Assembly: GCA_965215125.1 (NCBI GenBank) | Contig: OZ244052.1 | Location: 864,001 to 928,000 of the forward strand | Reading direction: 5' to 3' | DNA: 64,000 nt | From: an uncultured candidatus Porisulfidus sp. | GTDB lineage: Bacteria > Pseudomonadota > Gammaproteobacteria > Poriferisulfidales > Oxydemutatoraceae | Part shown: one piece after another, positions 24,674-34,839 of the stretch | Layout of the letters: every line of letters begins with the position of its first letter | Position numbering within the stretch: position 1 is the first letter of the stretch | Notes under the pieces: model-generated | Databases searched by the model: none | What the model was told of the DNA's origin: nothing | Seen by the model: only the letters and a program-made list of their open reading frames with translations | Translations under genes and position numbers: made by a program

Positions 24674-25117
24674 ATGAAAAAAACGCAAGACTCGGTTGAC
24701 CCGTTTGCCGAAGTCAACCGCAACCGATCTATCCTTGAAGTGAGTATGCAAATACAAAAAATCGCACAACACTATCGTTTTGATTGGCGCAATGCAAAGG
24801 GTGTGATTGCCAAACTCTACGAGGAACTGGAAGAGATAATTGAAGCGGACACCGACACGCCCGAGCGGGAACAGCGTATTGAGGAGGAACTGGGAGACTT
24901 TTTATTTACTGCGATAAGTCTGGCTCGGCACTATTCCATAGACCCCGAGGTTGCCTTGGACGAGGCTAACCGTAAGTTTGAACGTCGCTTTGAAAAAATG
25001 GTAGAGATTATAAAGGATAACGGTTCAACTATCGGCCGTGCCACCAAAGAACAGATGGAAGATGCCTGGCACAAAGCAAAGGAACAGGAAAAAGAATCGG
25101 TTGAGGCGAACCCATAG
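24674..25117 (+). CDS. MazG-family nucleotide pyrophosphohydrolase (single domain)
   Basis: FDW, EELEE, EELGDFLF, NRKFERRF. Confidence 0.88.
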   Translation: MKKTQDSVDPFAEVNRNRSILEVSMQIQKIAQHYRFDWRNAKGVIAKLYEELEEIIEADTDTPEREQRIEEELGDFLFTAISLARHYSIDPEVALDEANRKFERRFEKMVEIIKDNGSTIGRATKEQMEDAWHKAKEQEKESVEANP

Positions 25118-25170
25118 GTTCGCCTCTGCGCAAGCGATGTTTCTTATGCTTACTTAACGCAAGTCTTGCC

Positions 25171-25692
25171 CTAAAAGGGCAGACCGTGTCCCATACCGCC
25201 GCCGATCATGCACATCAGCATCGGTATAGAAAGCAAAGTGTTGGTACGAGATGCCATCAGTGCCTTCTTCTTGGCTGTGGCTTTCTCTTCGTCGCTGGCT
25301 TGTATGCCGCCGATGCCCAATACCTTTTTCTGGTTCGGCCAAATAATGCCCCATACATTGAGCAACATAATAGTACCGAGCCATGCGCCTACGCCGATAA
25401 CCTCATAGGGCGCACTAAGCAAAAATACTTTCGTGGTGCTTCCGCCACCGTAGACAATTTCTATTGCGGCAGCACCGGTAAGCCAGGTAAGCAAGGCACC
25501 GTAACGAAACCATGCAAGTGCTCGCGGCGCAACATATTTGTTGATTGCAGCCGGGCCGGGACCGTCTTTGTCGTTCATCGCTTCGGCAACCGCCGGTACT
25601 TGTACGAAATTAAAATAATAGAGCAAACCTATCCAAATAATTCCGACGAATACGTGTAGCCACACGATTAAAGAACTCATGTTCATATCCAT
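25171..25692 (-). CDS. Urate hydroxylase PuuD-like membrane protein (Urate_ox_N domain)
   Basis: WLHVFVGIIWIGLLYYFNFVQ, NVWGIIWPNQKK, SRTNTLLSIPML. Confidence 0.8.
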   Translation of the reverse strand: MDMNMSSLIVWLHVFVGIIWIGLLYYFNFVQVPAVAEAMNDKDGPGPAAINKYVAPRALAWFRYGALLTWLTGAAAIEIVYGGGSTTKVFLLSAPYEVIGVGAWLGTIMLLNVWGIIWPNQKKVLGIGGIQASDEEKATAKKKALMASRTNTLLSIPMLMCMIGGGMGHGLPF

Positions 25693-25718
25693 AATGATAT
25701 CTCCTTATGTCCGAGACA

Positions 25719-25796
25719 CTAAAGAATTAAACTAATTATCACCGCCAAAATAAAGCCGGCGATAATTGTTCCGGTGATAGAGTCAAGTGGGTTCAT
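25719..25796 (-). CDS. Putative 25-aa single-TM peptide MNPLDSITGTIIAGFILAVIISLIL
   Basis: Strong GAGGAGG RBS; directly upstream of the PuuD-like gene. Confidence 0.6.
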   Translation of the reverse strand: MNPLDSITGTIIAGFILAVIISLIL

Positions 25797-25990
25797 AACA
25801 CCTCCTCTTTGTTAAGTGGGTTTAGCCGACGATTATATCACAACACCGTAAATTTAATATTAAGAATGAAATTGTACAAAATGATGCCAATCTACTTTTG
25901 AGAAACTAAATTCTTTATGTCAATTTCAGATATTGAGTTTATTTTTGCTTTACAATATCTAATTATTGTTTTACAGAGGAGGAATTAAAT

Positions 25991-26629
25991 ATGTACCCCA
26001 AAAAAATTTTTATTGTGCTCATTTTGGTCACGATGTTTGCCACAGGTGTCGCAGAGGCTCGGTTCGGTTCGGCACCCGAAGGTTGGCCGTGTGTACAAGG
26101 CTATGTTGCCGAAGTCTCGGCAGGTGCATTTTGGACCGGTGAATTGCCCGCTAGCGAAGCCGTAGCAAACAACGAAGCATTGATGAGATTGGTGGAGGAA
26201 GCGAGTGATAGGACTATTTCTTATGAACAAAGCCTCGATAAGATAAAGGCTTTCTTAGATCAACTTGAAGGAAGTAGCCCCGAACATAAGCAGGAACAAG
26301 CCGCCTTACTAATAGTCGCATTGACCGACTCAATCAACGGCAAACGTGTAAAAGTATTAAAAGGAATAGACCGCTTCAGTAAACGCCAACAAATGATGAT
26401 TACCCGCATAGAAGACCAAGATAACAAGATAAGGGCTATTAAAAACGGCGAAACTTCGGAGAACGGTTCGGCACTTGCAGATTTAGAGGATCGTCAAATG
26501 TGGGACATTCGTGTTTTTGAGGAGCGCGAGTTCCAGAAAAATTATCTTTGTGAACAAGCGGTTTTACTCGAACAAAGATTTTTCTTTTTAGGGCGCGATA
26601 TTGTTGCTTGGCTTGAAGACAGCGAGTAA
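25991..26629 (+). CDS. Exported hypothetical protein with WPCVQ motif, of the type seen in PQQ-dehydrogenase/Lut clusters
   Basis: Signal peptide; WPCVQ and C-terminal W..RVF...LCEQAVLLEQR; strong RBS. Confidence 0.65.
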   Translation: MYPKKIFIVLILVTMFATGVAEARFGSAPEGWPCVQGYVAEVSAGAFWTGELPASEAVANNEALMRLVEEASDRTISYEQSLDKIKAFLDQLEGSSPEHKQEQAALLIVALTDSINGKRVKVLKGIDRFSKRQQMMITRIEDQDNKIRAIKNGETSENGSALADLEDRQMWDIRVFEEREFQKNYLCEQAVLLEQRFFFLGRDIVAWLEDSE

Positions 26630-26671
26630 TTTCCGGCGTATAAAATTTATAAGCGTGTGATACCAACAGGT

Positions 26672-27160
26672 TTATTGATTGGATAGCTTGTTGGGTGGTG
26701 GGTCATCGTTTGTAACCGGAGGGCACTTTATGCTTTCAAAGCCTACTAAAGCGATATTAAATGTCGGGGTTCTTATCGGCACACGATTATCGTAAAGCCA
26801 GTTATATTGTATGTTGTAGGCTTGCACTTCTCTTGCCTTCCAAGTCAGGCAGTCGTTTTCCAGAGACGGTATGTTGTGTTTATACTGCACATAATGAACT
26901 AATTCGTGTAGCAAGATACCACGCGCTTGCATGTTGTTTTGAACATCCAGCGTATTTTTAAGATATACAGTCTCGTCTTCGTTGGAAAACCAGCCTAGTA
27001 CATTTCCGCACGACTCACCGTCGCAGGCCTTGGCTTCAATTTGCGTTTGCGGTACAAACCGAACTTCCGGAGCGGCGATTTGCGAATCGGTGATATACAT
27101 GGCAGTATTGATATATACCATCAATGCACTGACGATTGCTTGTAGTGAAGTTAACTCCAT
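26672..27160 (-). CDS. DUF6647-like protein with HELVH zincin motif
   Basis: LLHELVHYVQ, REVQAY. Confidence 0.65.
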   Translation of the reverse strand: MELTSLQAIVSALMVYINTAMYITDSQIAAPEVRFVPQTQIEAKACDGESCGNVLGWFSNEDETVYLKNTLDVQNNMQARGILLHELVHYVQYKHNIPSLENDCLTWKAREVQAYNIQYNWLYDNRVPIRTPTFNIALVGFESIKCPPVTNDDPPPNKLSNQ

Positions 27161-27173
27161 TATTCCGATTCCT

Positions 27174-27983
27174 TTATGCAGCGATTACAGGCCATTGCGA
27201 TTCGTATATTTTTTTTCTCGAATCTATCGCTTTGGCAAATAATACGTCATCGCTTTCGGTAGCTAGATAAGAAAAATCAAAGCTTGGATTCTCGCTGAAA
27301 GAGATATCACCTTCAACTGCAAACACGACTTCGTCAAGGCGATTTTTAATCTCCACCTTTTCAATATAGTGCGGAGGAATAAAAAGAAGTGTTTGCTGGT
27401 CTTTTTGTAGACCCGAGTAATTAGGATGTGTGATGACAAGATGAAGATCGCGCATTTTTGGATTGTTGGTCGCCTCGTCTTGTATCAGTTGCATTTTCCC
27501 CATAGTCAGTTTAGACATAGGGTCAACTTCCATCGGTGGCGCAGAACACCCGCCGGAAGCTTTAACAAAAGTCTTATTCATATAAAGTTTGCCGTCGTTG
27601 GTTTCCGAGACTACGCGGACATTACTATAAGTATTGACACGGATACGAGTTGATATATCTGCCGTACCGTTTTTCGGCGATAAAGAAAATTTGGCTGCGA
27701 CCGGAGACGGGTTCTCGTCGACTATCAAATGGTGGTTTTTAATAAATTTGTCTGTTTCTTGCGGAAAGCGCGAGGCAATCGTTATCGGCACATCACCGCC
27801 GTTAGGAGGACGCTCGGGTGCTATAACCGAAATCCATTGACTTCCGTCATCCACAGGACGGTCCTGAAACAGAAAATTGCGAATATCCGTCCATGCTTGT
27901 TCTTGTTCTGCCCAGACATTTCCGAACTTAGCGGCGATACCCGTTGCAGCACTATACATTAAAAATTTGCGTCTGCTAATCAT
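27174..27983 (-). CDS. Quinoprotein dehydrogenase-associated SoxYZ-like carrier
   Basis: Tat signal SRRKFL; VDENPSP; KASGGCSAP; HPNYSGLQ. Confidence 0.88.
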   Translation of the reverse strand: MISRRKFLMYSAATGIAAKFGNVWAEQEQAWTDIRNFLFQDRPVDDGSQWISVIAPERPPNGGDVPITIASRFPQETDKFIKNHHLIVDENPSPVAAKFSLSPKNGTADISTRIRVNTYSNVRVVSETNDGKLYMNKTFVKASGGCSAPPMEVDPMSKLTMGKMQLIQDEATNNPKMRDLHLVITHPNYSGLQKDQQTLLFIPPHYIEKVEIKNRLDEVVFAVEGDISFSENPSFDFSYLATESDDVLFAKAIDSRKKIYESQWPVIAA

Positions 27984-28044
27984 GTCGTTCTCCCTAATTA
28001 TGTAAAGTGAATAAAAGCCTTTTCAAGTATACCACAAATAAATA

Positions 28045-28170
28045 AAACCGCCGATTGAGCCAGTAGGTCAATCGGCGTAACTTTTTACAAAACCTGAATA
28101 TTGTGTCCATTAGGAATGTTACATATATCAAAATCAATCGGCGCGACCTCGTGCAGAACCTTAACATGGG
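28045..28170 (+). repeat. Repeat B mosaic
   Basis: ACCGCCGATTGAGCCAGTAGGTCAATCGGCGTAAC, as at 449-483. Confidence 0.8.
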
Positions 28171-28332
28171 TGTGTAGGGCCGGATATATCAAACAAAGCT
28201 ATCGCATTCTAATAGTTTGCTACAATAACTACTCGGACCCCTCTTTTGAGTCTCGCATCCGGTAGACTTAAATAATTAATAGGGGTTTCGTGAAAATATA
28301 TTTACTTTATCTTGATTAGAGGAGGAAAGATC

Positions 28333-28743
28333 ATGTTGAATAAATACTATAAAGTTTTTATAACCCTAGTTTGTGCTTCTTTGTTATCGGTTGCCTGCAT
28401 GCATTCCGACAACGAGACTATCCCGAATTTGGCCGGGGAGTGGAAAGGAGTCAATCACACTATATCCGACGCCAAAGGATATTCAGAATGGGAGAAAACA
28501 GTGACGATTAGCGAGCAGCGGGATCGTCGGTTCAAAGGCTACTTTGAATATAGCGAAGGCACTATAAACTTCTCGGGTGTGATTTTCGGTGATAACACAT
28601 CTTTTGCGTGGACATCCGAAAATAGCCAAGGCTACAATGTAGGAAGAGTACTCGGAGATAATAAAATCAGTGCGTGTTATGTAGAGTCCGGAGAGCAAGC
28701 GACCGCAGGCTGTGCCGAAATGACTCGCGCCTCCATGCCTTAA
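28333..28743 (+). CDS. Hypothetical lipoprotein
   Basis: GGAGG RBS; lipobox-like SVAC. Confidence 0.7.
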   Translation: MLNKYYKVFITLVCASLLSVACMHSDNETIPNLAGEWKGVNHTISDAKGYSEWEKTVTISEQRDRRFKGYFEYSEGTINFSGVIFGDNTSFAWTSENSQGYNVGRVLGDNKISACYVESGEQATAGCAEMTRASMP

Positions 28744-28892
28744 CGCAACAACCGAATCCGTGTGGGGCTATTGTGCAAGGGAGGGTGTTAACCCTCCCCT
28801 ACACGCATCGGGTAACGCATATTAGCAATGTCGGATTTGTAATAACTGCCTTGCATAGAATACGGTTGATATTCAAAGTGCAATGATAGGGC

Positions 28893-29882
28893 ATGAAGCG
28901 TAGAACATTTTTGAGTGTCGGGGCGAGCCTAATAATGTTGTCTATGATCGACCTAAAGCGTGGTTTTGGTTCGCCTCGACCCAAAGTCGGCATGGTCTAC
29001 GATCCGTTATTTTCCGAAGATTGGCGCGTACACGACCATCCGGAATCGCCTATGCGCTACCGGTCAATAATCGACGGTTTCGAGCAAAACGACATATTGA
29101 GGCAAACTTCAAAAATAGAATTATTAGACGAAATTGAGCCTTCATTGCTGACGGTACATAATAAAAAACATATTGATACGATTAGAAAATTTTATGTTTA
29201 TGCGCACGATGTTGCGTCGGCAGCGGTTGGTGCCGGATTGGCTGCTGTCGACGCAGTTTGTAGCGGTACGCACAATAGCGTTTTTTGTGCCGTACGCCCG
29301 CCGGGTCATCACGCCTTAAATACCGGCCGGGAGGAAGGCTTTTGTTTTTATAACAATGTTGCCGTCGCCGCGCGTTATGCACAAAACAAATATAAGCGTA
29401 AGAAAGTCTTAATCGTAGACTGGGATTACCATCACGGCAACGGTACGGAGGCAGTATTTTACGAGGATCCGTCGGTGCTTTTTTTCTCCACACACGATTA
29501 TCGCGCTTATCCGGGAACCGGAAATCCGACCAGAGTCGGTGCCGATAAAGGCAAAGGATACAATATCAATGTGCATTTGGATTGTGGCGCAAACGATGAG
29601 GATATTATCAATGCATTCAACGACATATTGATTCCTGCTGCGCACCGCTTCAAACCCGACTTGATATTGATATCGGCAGGATTTGATAGTCGCAAAGACG
29701 ATTTATTGGGTTGCTTCGACATTAGCGACGAGGGTTTTGCTCGGTTGACGCATATCGTGCGTAATCTTGCAGACGAATACTGCGACGGATGTATGGTATC
29801 ATTACTGGAAGGGGGGTATAGTTTATCGGGACTGGCAAATGCCACGGTCGCACACCTGAAAGCGATGCTCGATATGTCCTGA
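28893..29882 (+). CDS. Histone deacetylase family (Zn-dependent) enzyme with a twin-arginine signal
   Basis: HPESP, RPPGHHA, GFC, DWDYHHGNGT, SAGFD, LEGGY; N-terminal KRRTFL. Confidence 0.9.
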   Translation: MKRRTFLSVGASLIMLSMIDLKRGFGSPRPKVGMVYDPLFSEDWRVHDHPESPMRYRSIIDGFEQNDILRQTSKIELLDEIEPSLLTVHNKKHIDTIRKFYVYAHDVASAAVGAGLAAVDAVCSGTHNSVFCAVRPPGHHALNTGREEGFCFYNNVAVAARYAQNKYKRKKVLIVDWDYHHGNGTEAVFYEDPSVLFFSTHDYRAYPGTGNPTRVGADKGKGYNINVHLDCGANDEDIINAFNDILIPAAHRFKPDLILISAGFDSRKDDLLGCFDISDEGFARLTHIVRNLADEYCDGCMVSLLEGGYSLSGLANATVAHLKAMLDMS

Positions 29883-29983
29883 CTAACTGTGCTCGGTGCC
29901 CTTTTCATTGATATATCCGACTGCCAAACACAGCTACAATGAGGAAATAGTACCGACTTTATAACACTGATAAAGGAGTAAAG

Positions 29984-31681
29984 ATGAGTAGTTTTTTTTC
30001 AAAGGAGCGGATTGTAGCCGAGGAAGGGTTTAATCGCTGGCGCGTGCCACCGGCATCGATTGCGATACACCTTTGCATCGGTTCGGTCTATGCGTGGAGT
30101 ATTTACAATCCTGCATTGACGAAAGTCGTCGGTGTCGTCGCCAGTTCCGCCGACGATTGGACCTTAACCGAAGTCGTCTGGATTTTCACCGTTGCTATTC
30201 TGGTTTTGGGGCTTGCTGCGGCGTTTGCCGGCAAATGGCTCGAGGAAGTCGGGCCGCGCACGGTCGGTATTGTCGCCGCCTTTTGCTGGGGCGGCGGTTA
30301 TGTAGTAGGCAGTCTGGGCATCTATCTGAATCAAGTATGGTTACTTTATCTCGGCTATGGCGTGATCGGGGGATGCGGTTTAGGTTTGGGTTATGTATCG
30401 CCGGTTAGTACTTTGATCCGCTGGTTTCCCGACCGGCGCGGTATGGCAACCGGAATGGCAATTATGGGTTTCGGCGGCGGCGCAATGCTGGGAACGCCCT
30501 TGAAAGAATATTTCCTTCAAAAATTTTACCGTGCACCCGAATATTTAGGCTCAATCGATAGTTTGGATTTGATTACCGAAGCCGGTAGACGTTTCGTGCA
30601 GATAGGCGGCGAATTAAAAGAAGTGGTGGTGGTCGGTGCAAACGAAGTTTCCGGCATGATCGTTCCGGGAGATCCCGGTGTCTATCTACTCGGCACAGGT
30701 TCGGTCGGTGCATGGCAGACATTTTTATTTATCGGTTTAATTTATTTTATTGTGATGCTGATCGCAGCGTTGAGCTATCGTATTCCGCGCGAGGGTTGGA
30801 CTCCCGAAGGTTGGACACCACCGAGTAAATCCGTTTCCGATAAGAAAATGATAACGCAAGGCAATGTGGACATAGACCAGGCATTGAAGACACCACAATT
30901 CTATCAACTATGGATCGTCTTATGTTTCAATGTCACCGCCGGTATCGGTGTTATCGGCGTTGCCAAGACGATGATTACCGACATCTTCGGTTCCGCTTTG
31001 CCGGGCATAGTAGACGGTGCTTTTGCCGCAACCTATGTCTTGATGATCAGCGTGTTTAATATGATCGGCAGAGTATTGTGGGCAGGTTCGTCCGATTTTA
31101 TCGGACGCAAGAATACCTATTGGATATTTTTTGTCGGAGGTATATTACTTTATTTGTCTATCCCGTTTGCCGCACAACAAGTGAGTGTTCATCCTACGGT
31201 ATTTTGGTTGGTATTTTTCTATGCGGCAACGATGATTATATTCACCTTCTACGGCGGTGGTTTCGCAACCATTCCCGCCTACTTGGCGGATATTTTCGGC
31301 ACCCATCATGTCGGTGGCATCCACGGTAGACTACTAACCTCATGGAGCACCGCCGGCGTATTAGGGCCGCTTGCTATTACCACTTTGCGGCAAAACTCAC
31401 TCAGCAATTCAATTCACGAGTTGGCTGCCAAAGTGGATCCGGCAAAATTTGCCGAAACCTTCGGGGCAGGAATTGATAAACTGGACTTATTGATTGAAAA
31501 AAAGACCGTAACGCTCGCCAAGTTGCTCGAAATCTCGCCGCCGGGAACCGTGGACCCCACACCCAGCCTATATAATACGACGATGTATTTGATGGCGTTT
31601 CTGCTACTTCTAGCATTGATATCAAATGCGCTTATGAAGCCGGTGCATCCCAAGCATCACATCAATGACGGGAAAACATAG
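29984..31681 (+). CDS. OFA-family MFS transporter (oxalate/formate antiporter-like)
   Basis: IHLCIGSVYAWS, WFPDRRGMATG, YGGGFATIPAYLAD. Confidence 0.88.
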   Translation: MSSFFSKERIVAEEGFNRWRVPPASIAIHLCIGSVYAWSIYNPALTKVVGVVASSADDWTLTEVVWIFTVAILVLGLAAAFAGKWLEEVGPRTVGIVAAFCWGGGYVVGSLGIYLNQVWLLYLGYGVIGGCGLGLGYVSPVSTLIRWFPDRRGMATGMAIMGFGGGAMLGTPLKEYFLQKFYRAPEYLGSIDSLDLITEAGRRFVQIGGELKEVVVVGANEVSGMIVPGDPGVYLLGTGSVGAWQTFLFIGLIYFIVMLIAALSYRIPREGWTPEGWTPPSKSVSDKKMITQGNVDIDQALKTPQFYQLWIVLCFNVTAGIGVIGVAKTMITDIFGSALPGIVDGAFAATYVLMISVFNMIGRVLWAGSSDFIGRKNTYWIFFVGGILLYLSIPFAAQQVSVHPTVFWLVFFYAATMIIFTFYGGGFATIPAYLADIFGTHHVGGIHGRLLTSWSTAGVLGPLAITTLRQNSLSNSIHELAAKVDPAKFAETFGAGIDKLDLLIEKKTVTLAKLLEISPPGTVDPTPSLYNTTMYLMAFLLLLALISNALMKPVHPKHHINDGKT

Positions 31682-31741
31682 GGTATACTAATGAGTTTGT
31701 TTTGGTTCAATACACGATAATTTACGAGGAGAAAAAACGAT

Positions 31742-32254
31742 ATGATGTTTATCAATAGCAAAGAACAACTTAAAAATATCTGCCGTTGCTTGATAGCGAA
31801 CCGCGGATTACTCATCGCAATATTTGCAGCCGGCGTACTGAGTTCACCGGCGGTTTCCGATGACCTTGCAAAAGGCGAAAAAACTTTTATCAAGTGCAAA
31901 GTATGTCACGCGGTGGAGAAGGATGTAAGCAAAATAGGTCCTAGCTTGCATGGTGTCTTCGGACGCAAAGCGGGAAGTTTGGAAAGTTTTCCGAACTATT
32001 CCGATGCAATCAAATCGACCGATATAGTTTGGGGAGATGAGACCATACGCGAATTCGTAAAGGCACCGCGCACTTATATCGCCGGTACAAAAATGATTTT
32101 TATAGGTATCAAAGACGATAAGGTGATAGATGACTTATTGGCTTATCTAAAATCGGTCACAGGTGCCGAAACCGGTTCCGAGACTTCCGATACCGAGACC
32201 TCGGATGCCGGCTCCGCCGCCGAGATGTCTCCGACCGAAGCGACTGTAGAATAG
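31742..32254 (+). CDS. Cytochrome c2-like class I cytochrome c
   Basis: CKVCH, GPSLHGVFGRKAG, GTKM. Confidence 0.9.
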   Translation: MMFINSKEQLKNICRCLIANRGLLIAIFAAGVLSSPAVSDDLAKGEKTFIKCKVCHAVEKDVSKIGPSLHGVFGRKAGSLESFPNYSDAIKSTDIVWGDETIREFVKAPRTYIAGTKMIFIGIKDDKVIDDLLAYLKSVTGAETGSETSDTETSDAGSAAEMSPTEATVE

Positions 32255-32271
32255 TTTTTTATTACTTAAAG

Positions 32272-32590
32272 TTAATTCCCCTCCTGTGGAGGGGTGGCAG
32301 GCGCAATAGAACCGCCGTTTGTTGCAAATAATCGTTCCTTGTTGCAGTAGCACAAGGAACATCACCTTATACAAGATTCAGCTATTTATGGCTGTTAGAA
32401 ATAATACGAATAGCAAAGACAAACGGCGTGACATTGTGCAGAACCATAGCATATATACAAAATGTATGCCTTTTCATGGGGTGGTTGCTAAGGGTCTGTA
32501 CAAGGTGCAGTGTCGGTACATTCCCCTCCTTCGGAGGGGTGGCAGGCGTAGCCTGACGGGGTGGTTGTGTGGTATCTGTACCAGTTAATT
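32272..32590 (+). repeat. Mosaic of repeat A, long-form repeat B and repeat A
   Basis: 32294-32444 is nearly identical to 51581-51731. Confidence 0.88.
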
Positions 32591-32608
32591 CCCTCCCTGA
32601 TTTTTTCA

Positions 32609-33145
32609 TTAACAACCCTCCATGTATTCGTTTTTAAGAGACACATAAATCTCTGCCGAATAAACAAGAAACTCTCTGTCCATTGCGCTGAGTTTACGGA
32701 TTTTCTTTATCGGCGAACCCAACCATAAATAACCTCCCTCGATTATTTTGCCCGGTGGTACCAAGCTGTTGGCACCTATCATCGCCTCACTGCAAACTAC
32801 GGCACCGTCTAAAACCGTGCTACCCATACCGATCAACGAAGTATCTTCTACAGTACAAGCATGCAATATGCAGCGATGTCCTACCGTGACCTCGTTGCCT
32901 ATCGTCAAATGATAGCCGTCGGGAACATAAGAACTTTGATTGACGATATGCAAAACACTACCGTCTTGTATGTTAGTACGATTGCCTATCGTGATAGTCA
33001 TATCCATATCACCGCGCACCACGCTTGCATGCCACACCGAACTGTCTTCTCCGATAACGACATCGCCGATGATATCGGCACTTTCGGCGATATACGAGGA
33101 CTCGGAAATGCGCGGATAAATATTCTTATAAGGTCTTATAGGCAT
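32609..33145 (-). CDS. Gamma carbonic anhydrase family (YrdA-like)
   Basis: Hexapeptide repeats; RGD, NIQD, VLH, VGH, ILH. Confidence 0.92.
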   Translation of the reverse strand: MPIRPYKNIYPRISESSYIAESADIIGDVVIGEDSSVWHASVVRGDMDMTITIGNRTNIQDGSVLHIVNQSSYVPDGYHLTIGNEVTVGHRCILHACTVEDTSLIGMGSTVLDGAVVCSEAMIGANSLVPPGKIIEGGYLWLGSPIKKIRKLSAMDREFLVYSAEIYVSLKNEYMEGC

Positions 33146-33174
33146 AATATTGTGCTAATAGCATTGATATAGGT

Positions 33175-33999
33175 CTACCGTTTGCGGCGTGTGCCCAACA
33201 CACCGCGGCGGGGGTCGTAACCGTACACCGCCATCGTCATGAATAGTACGGCAACACCTACAACGATTAGGAAAGCCTGAGTGTTGAACTCCGAGTAAAG
33301 TGAAAAGCGGATCAATTCGACGATATGGGTGAACGGGTTGTATAAACAAATATCGTGCAGTAGCACGCTGGACTCCTTGATGCGCCACAAAGGATAAAGT
33401 GCCGAAGAGGCAAAAAACATCGGGAATATAACGAAATTCATAATTCCGGCAAAGTTTTCCAACTGTTTGATCACCGACGATATGAATAACCCGATGGCAC
33501 TCAACATAAACCCGGTCAGCAGCAATGTCGGCAGCAGTGTTAAATAACCTAAAGTGGGCGGGCGTATTTCCCAGAACCAGGCGATTGCAAGAAACACATA
33601 AACCTGTAGTATCGAGATGACGGTGCCTGCCAATAATTTATTGACCAACAAAAACCAACGCGGTGCCGGGCTAGTCAGTAGAATTCTCATGCTACCCATC
33701 TCGCGATCGTAGACCATAGACAAAGAAGTTTGCATCCCACTGAACAACTGAATCATACCGATTAATCCGGGCGTAATGTATTCCTCGTAAAGCACATAGG
33801 TTTGATAGGGTGGAATAATAGATACACCCAATACCGAGCGAAAGCCGGCAGCGAATATGAACAGCCACACCAAGGGACGTACCAACGCAGCCACAAAGCG
33901 TTCGCGTTGTTGCAGGAAGCGTAATATTTCGCGCTCGACGATGCCCAAGAAAAAATAAAAATAGCTAAGTAGCGTTAATTTTGCAGCACTTTGATTCAT
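33175..33999 (-). CDS. ABC permease of the PQQ-alcohol dehydrogenase system (LutF/PedC-like)
   Basis: RFVAALVRPLVWLFIFAAGFR, SLSMVYDREMGSM, ENFAGIMNFVIFP. Confidence 0.88.
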   Translation of the reverse strand: MNQSAAKLTLLSYFYFFLGIVEREILRFLQQRERFVAALVRPLVWLFIFAAGFRSVLGVSIIPPYQTYVLYEEYITPGLIGMIQLFSGMQTSLSMVYDREMGSMRILLTSPAPRWFLLVNKLLAGTVISILQVYVFLAIAWFWEIRPPTLGYLTLLPTLLLTGFMLSAIGLFISSVIKQLENFAGIMNFVIFPMFFASSALYPLWRIKESSVLLHDICLYNPFTHIVELIRFSLYSEFNTQAFLIVVGVAVLFMTMAVYGYDPRRGVLGTRRKR

Positions 34000-34006
34000 C
34001 GCTATC

Positions 34007-34729
34007 CTATAGAAGTTCGGCTAATTTTTTTCTCATCGCAATGGCTTCGTCGGTGTCGGTGAGTTGTTCGGCACTGCCGCGCAGCGCGATACTACCTTTT
34101 TTGAGTATCAACATGCGGTCGTCGGCTTGAACCTCGTCGAGCAGATGCGTAGTCCATAATACCGACAAACCTTCGCTGCACATTTTGCGTACATGCTTGA
34201 TAATCAGTTCACGGCTCTGCACATCCAAACCCACGGTGGGTTCGTCTAAAATCAGTAATTTGGGTTTGTTGATTAGGGCGCGTGCAATTTCTACGCGTCT
34301 CACTTGTCCGCCGCTGAGATACCTGATTTTGGTGTCCATTCGATCGGTCATTCCGATACGCTCAAGTTCTCGGGTAGCGCGCGCCATGCCTTCCTTCGAC
34401 GACAAACCGTACAAATGCGCCGAGTACTTAAGATTTTGGCGTACGCTTAGATCCATGTCCAGAGAGCGTTGCTGAAAGACCACACCGAGTTGCAATAAGG
34501 CTTTGGATGGTTTTTTGTGCATCGCACAACCGCAGATAGAAATTTGCCCACGACGGCTATGGTAAAGACCGGTAATCAGAGAAAATAATGTTGTCTTCCC
34601 GGCACCGTTGGGACCTAATAGTATGGTGAATTGACCGGCGGAAACCGAGAAGCTAATCGCATCGAGTGCCTTGATTGTTCCGTAGTTATAGCTAACTCCG
34701 TCAACTTTTAGAATTTCTTGCAAAGACAA
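34007..34729 (-). CDS. ABC ATP-binding protein (LutE/PedB-like)
   Basis: GPNGAGKTT, LSGGQ, LDEPTVGLD. Confidence 0.88.
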   Translation of the reverse strand: MSLQEILKVDGVSYNYGTIKALDAISFSVSAGQFTILLGPNGAGKTTLFSLITGLYHSRRGQISICGCAMHKKPSKALLQLGVVFQQRSLDMDLSVRQNLKYSAHLYGLSSKEGMARATRELERIGMTDRMDTKIRYLSGGQVRRVEIARALINKPKLLILDEPTVGLDVQSRELIIKHVRKMCSEGLSVLWTTHLLDEVQADDRMLILKKGSIALRGSAEQLTDTDEAIAMRKKLAELL

Positions 34730-34839
34730 TGTATCACCACTAATTCAAATTATAGAAACACGGCGCACCATGAAGCACGCATAAGATATTATTTCATAAG
34801 CAAGCTATTATACATAACTCAAAGTACCGTTCGGAATAA

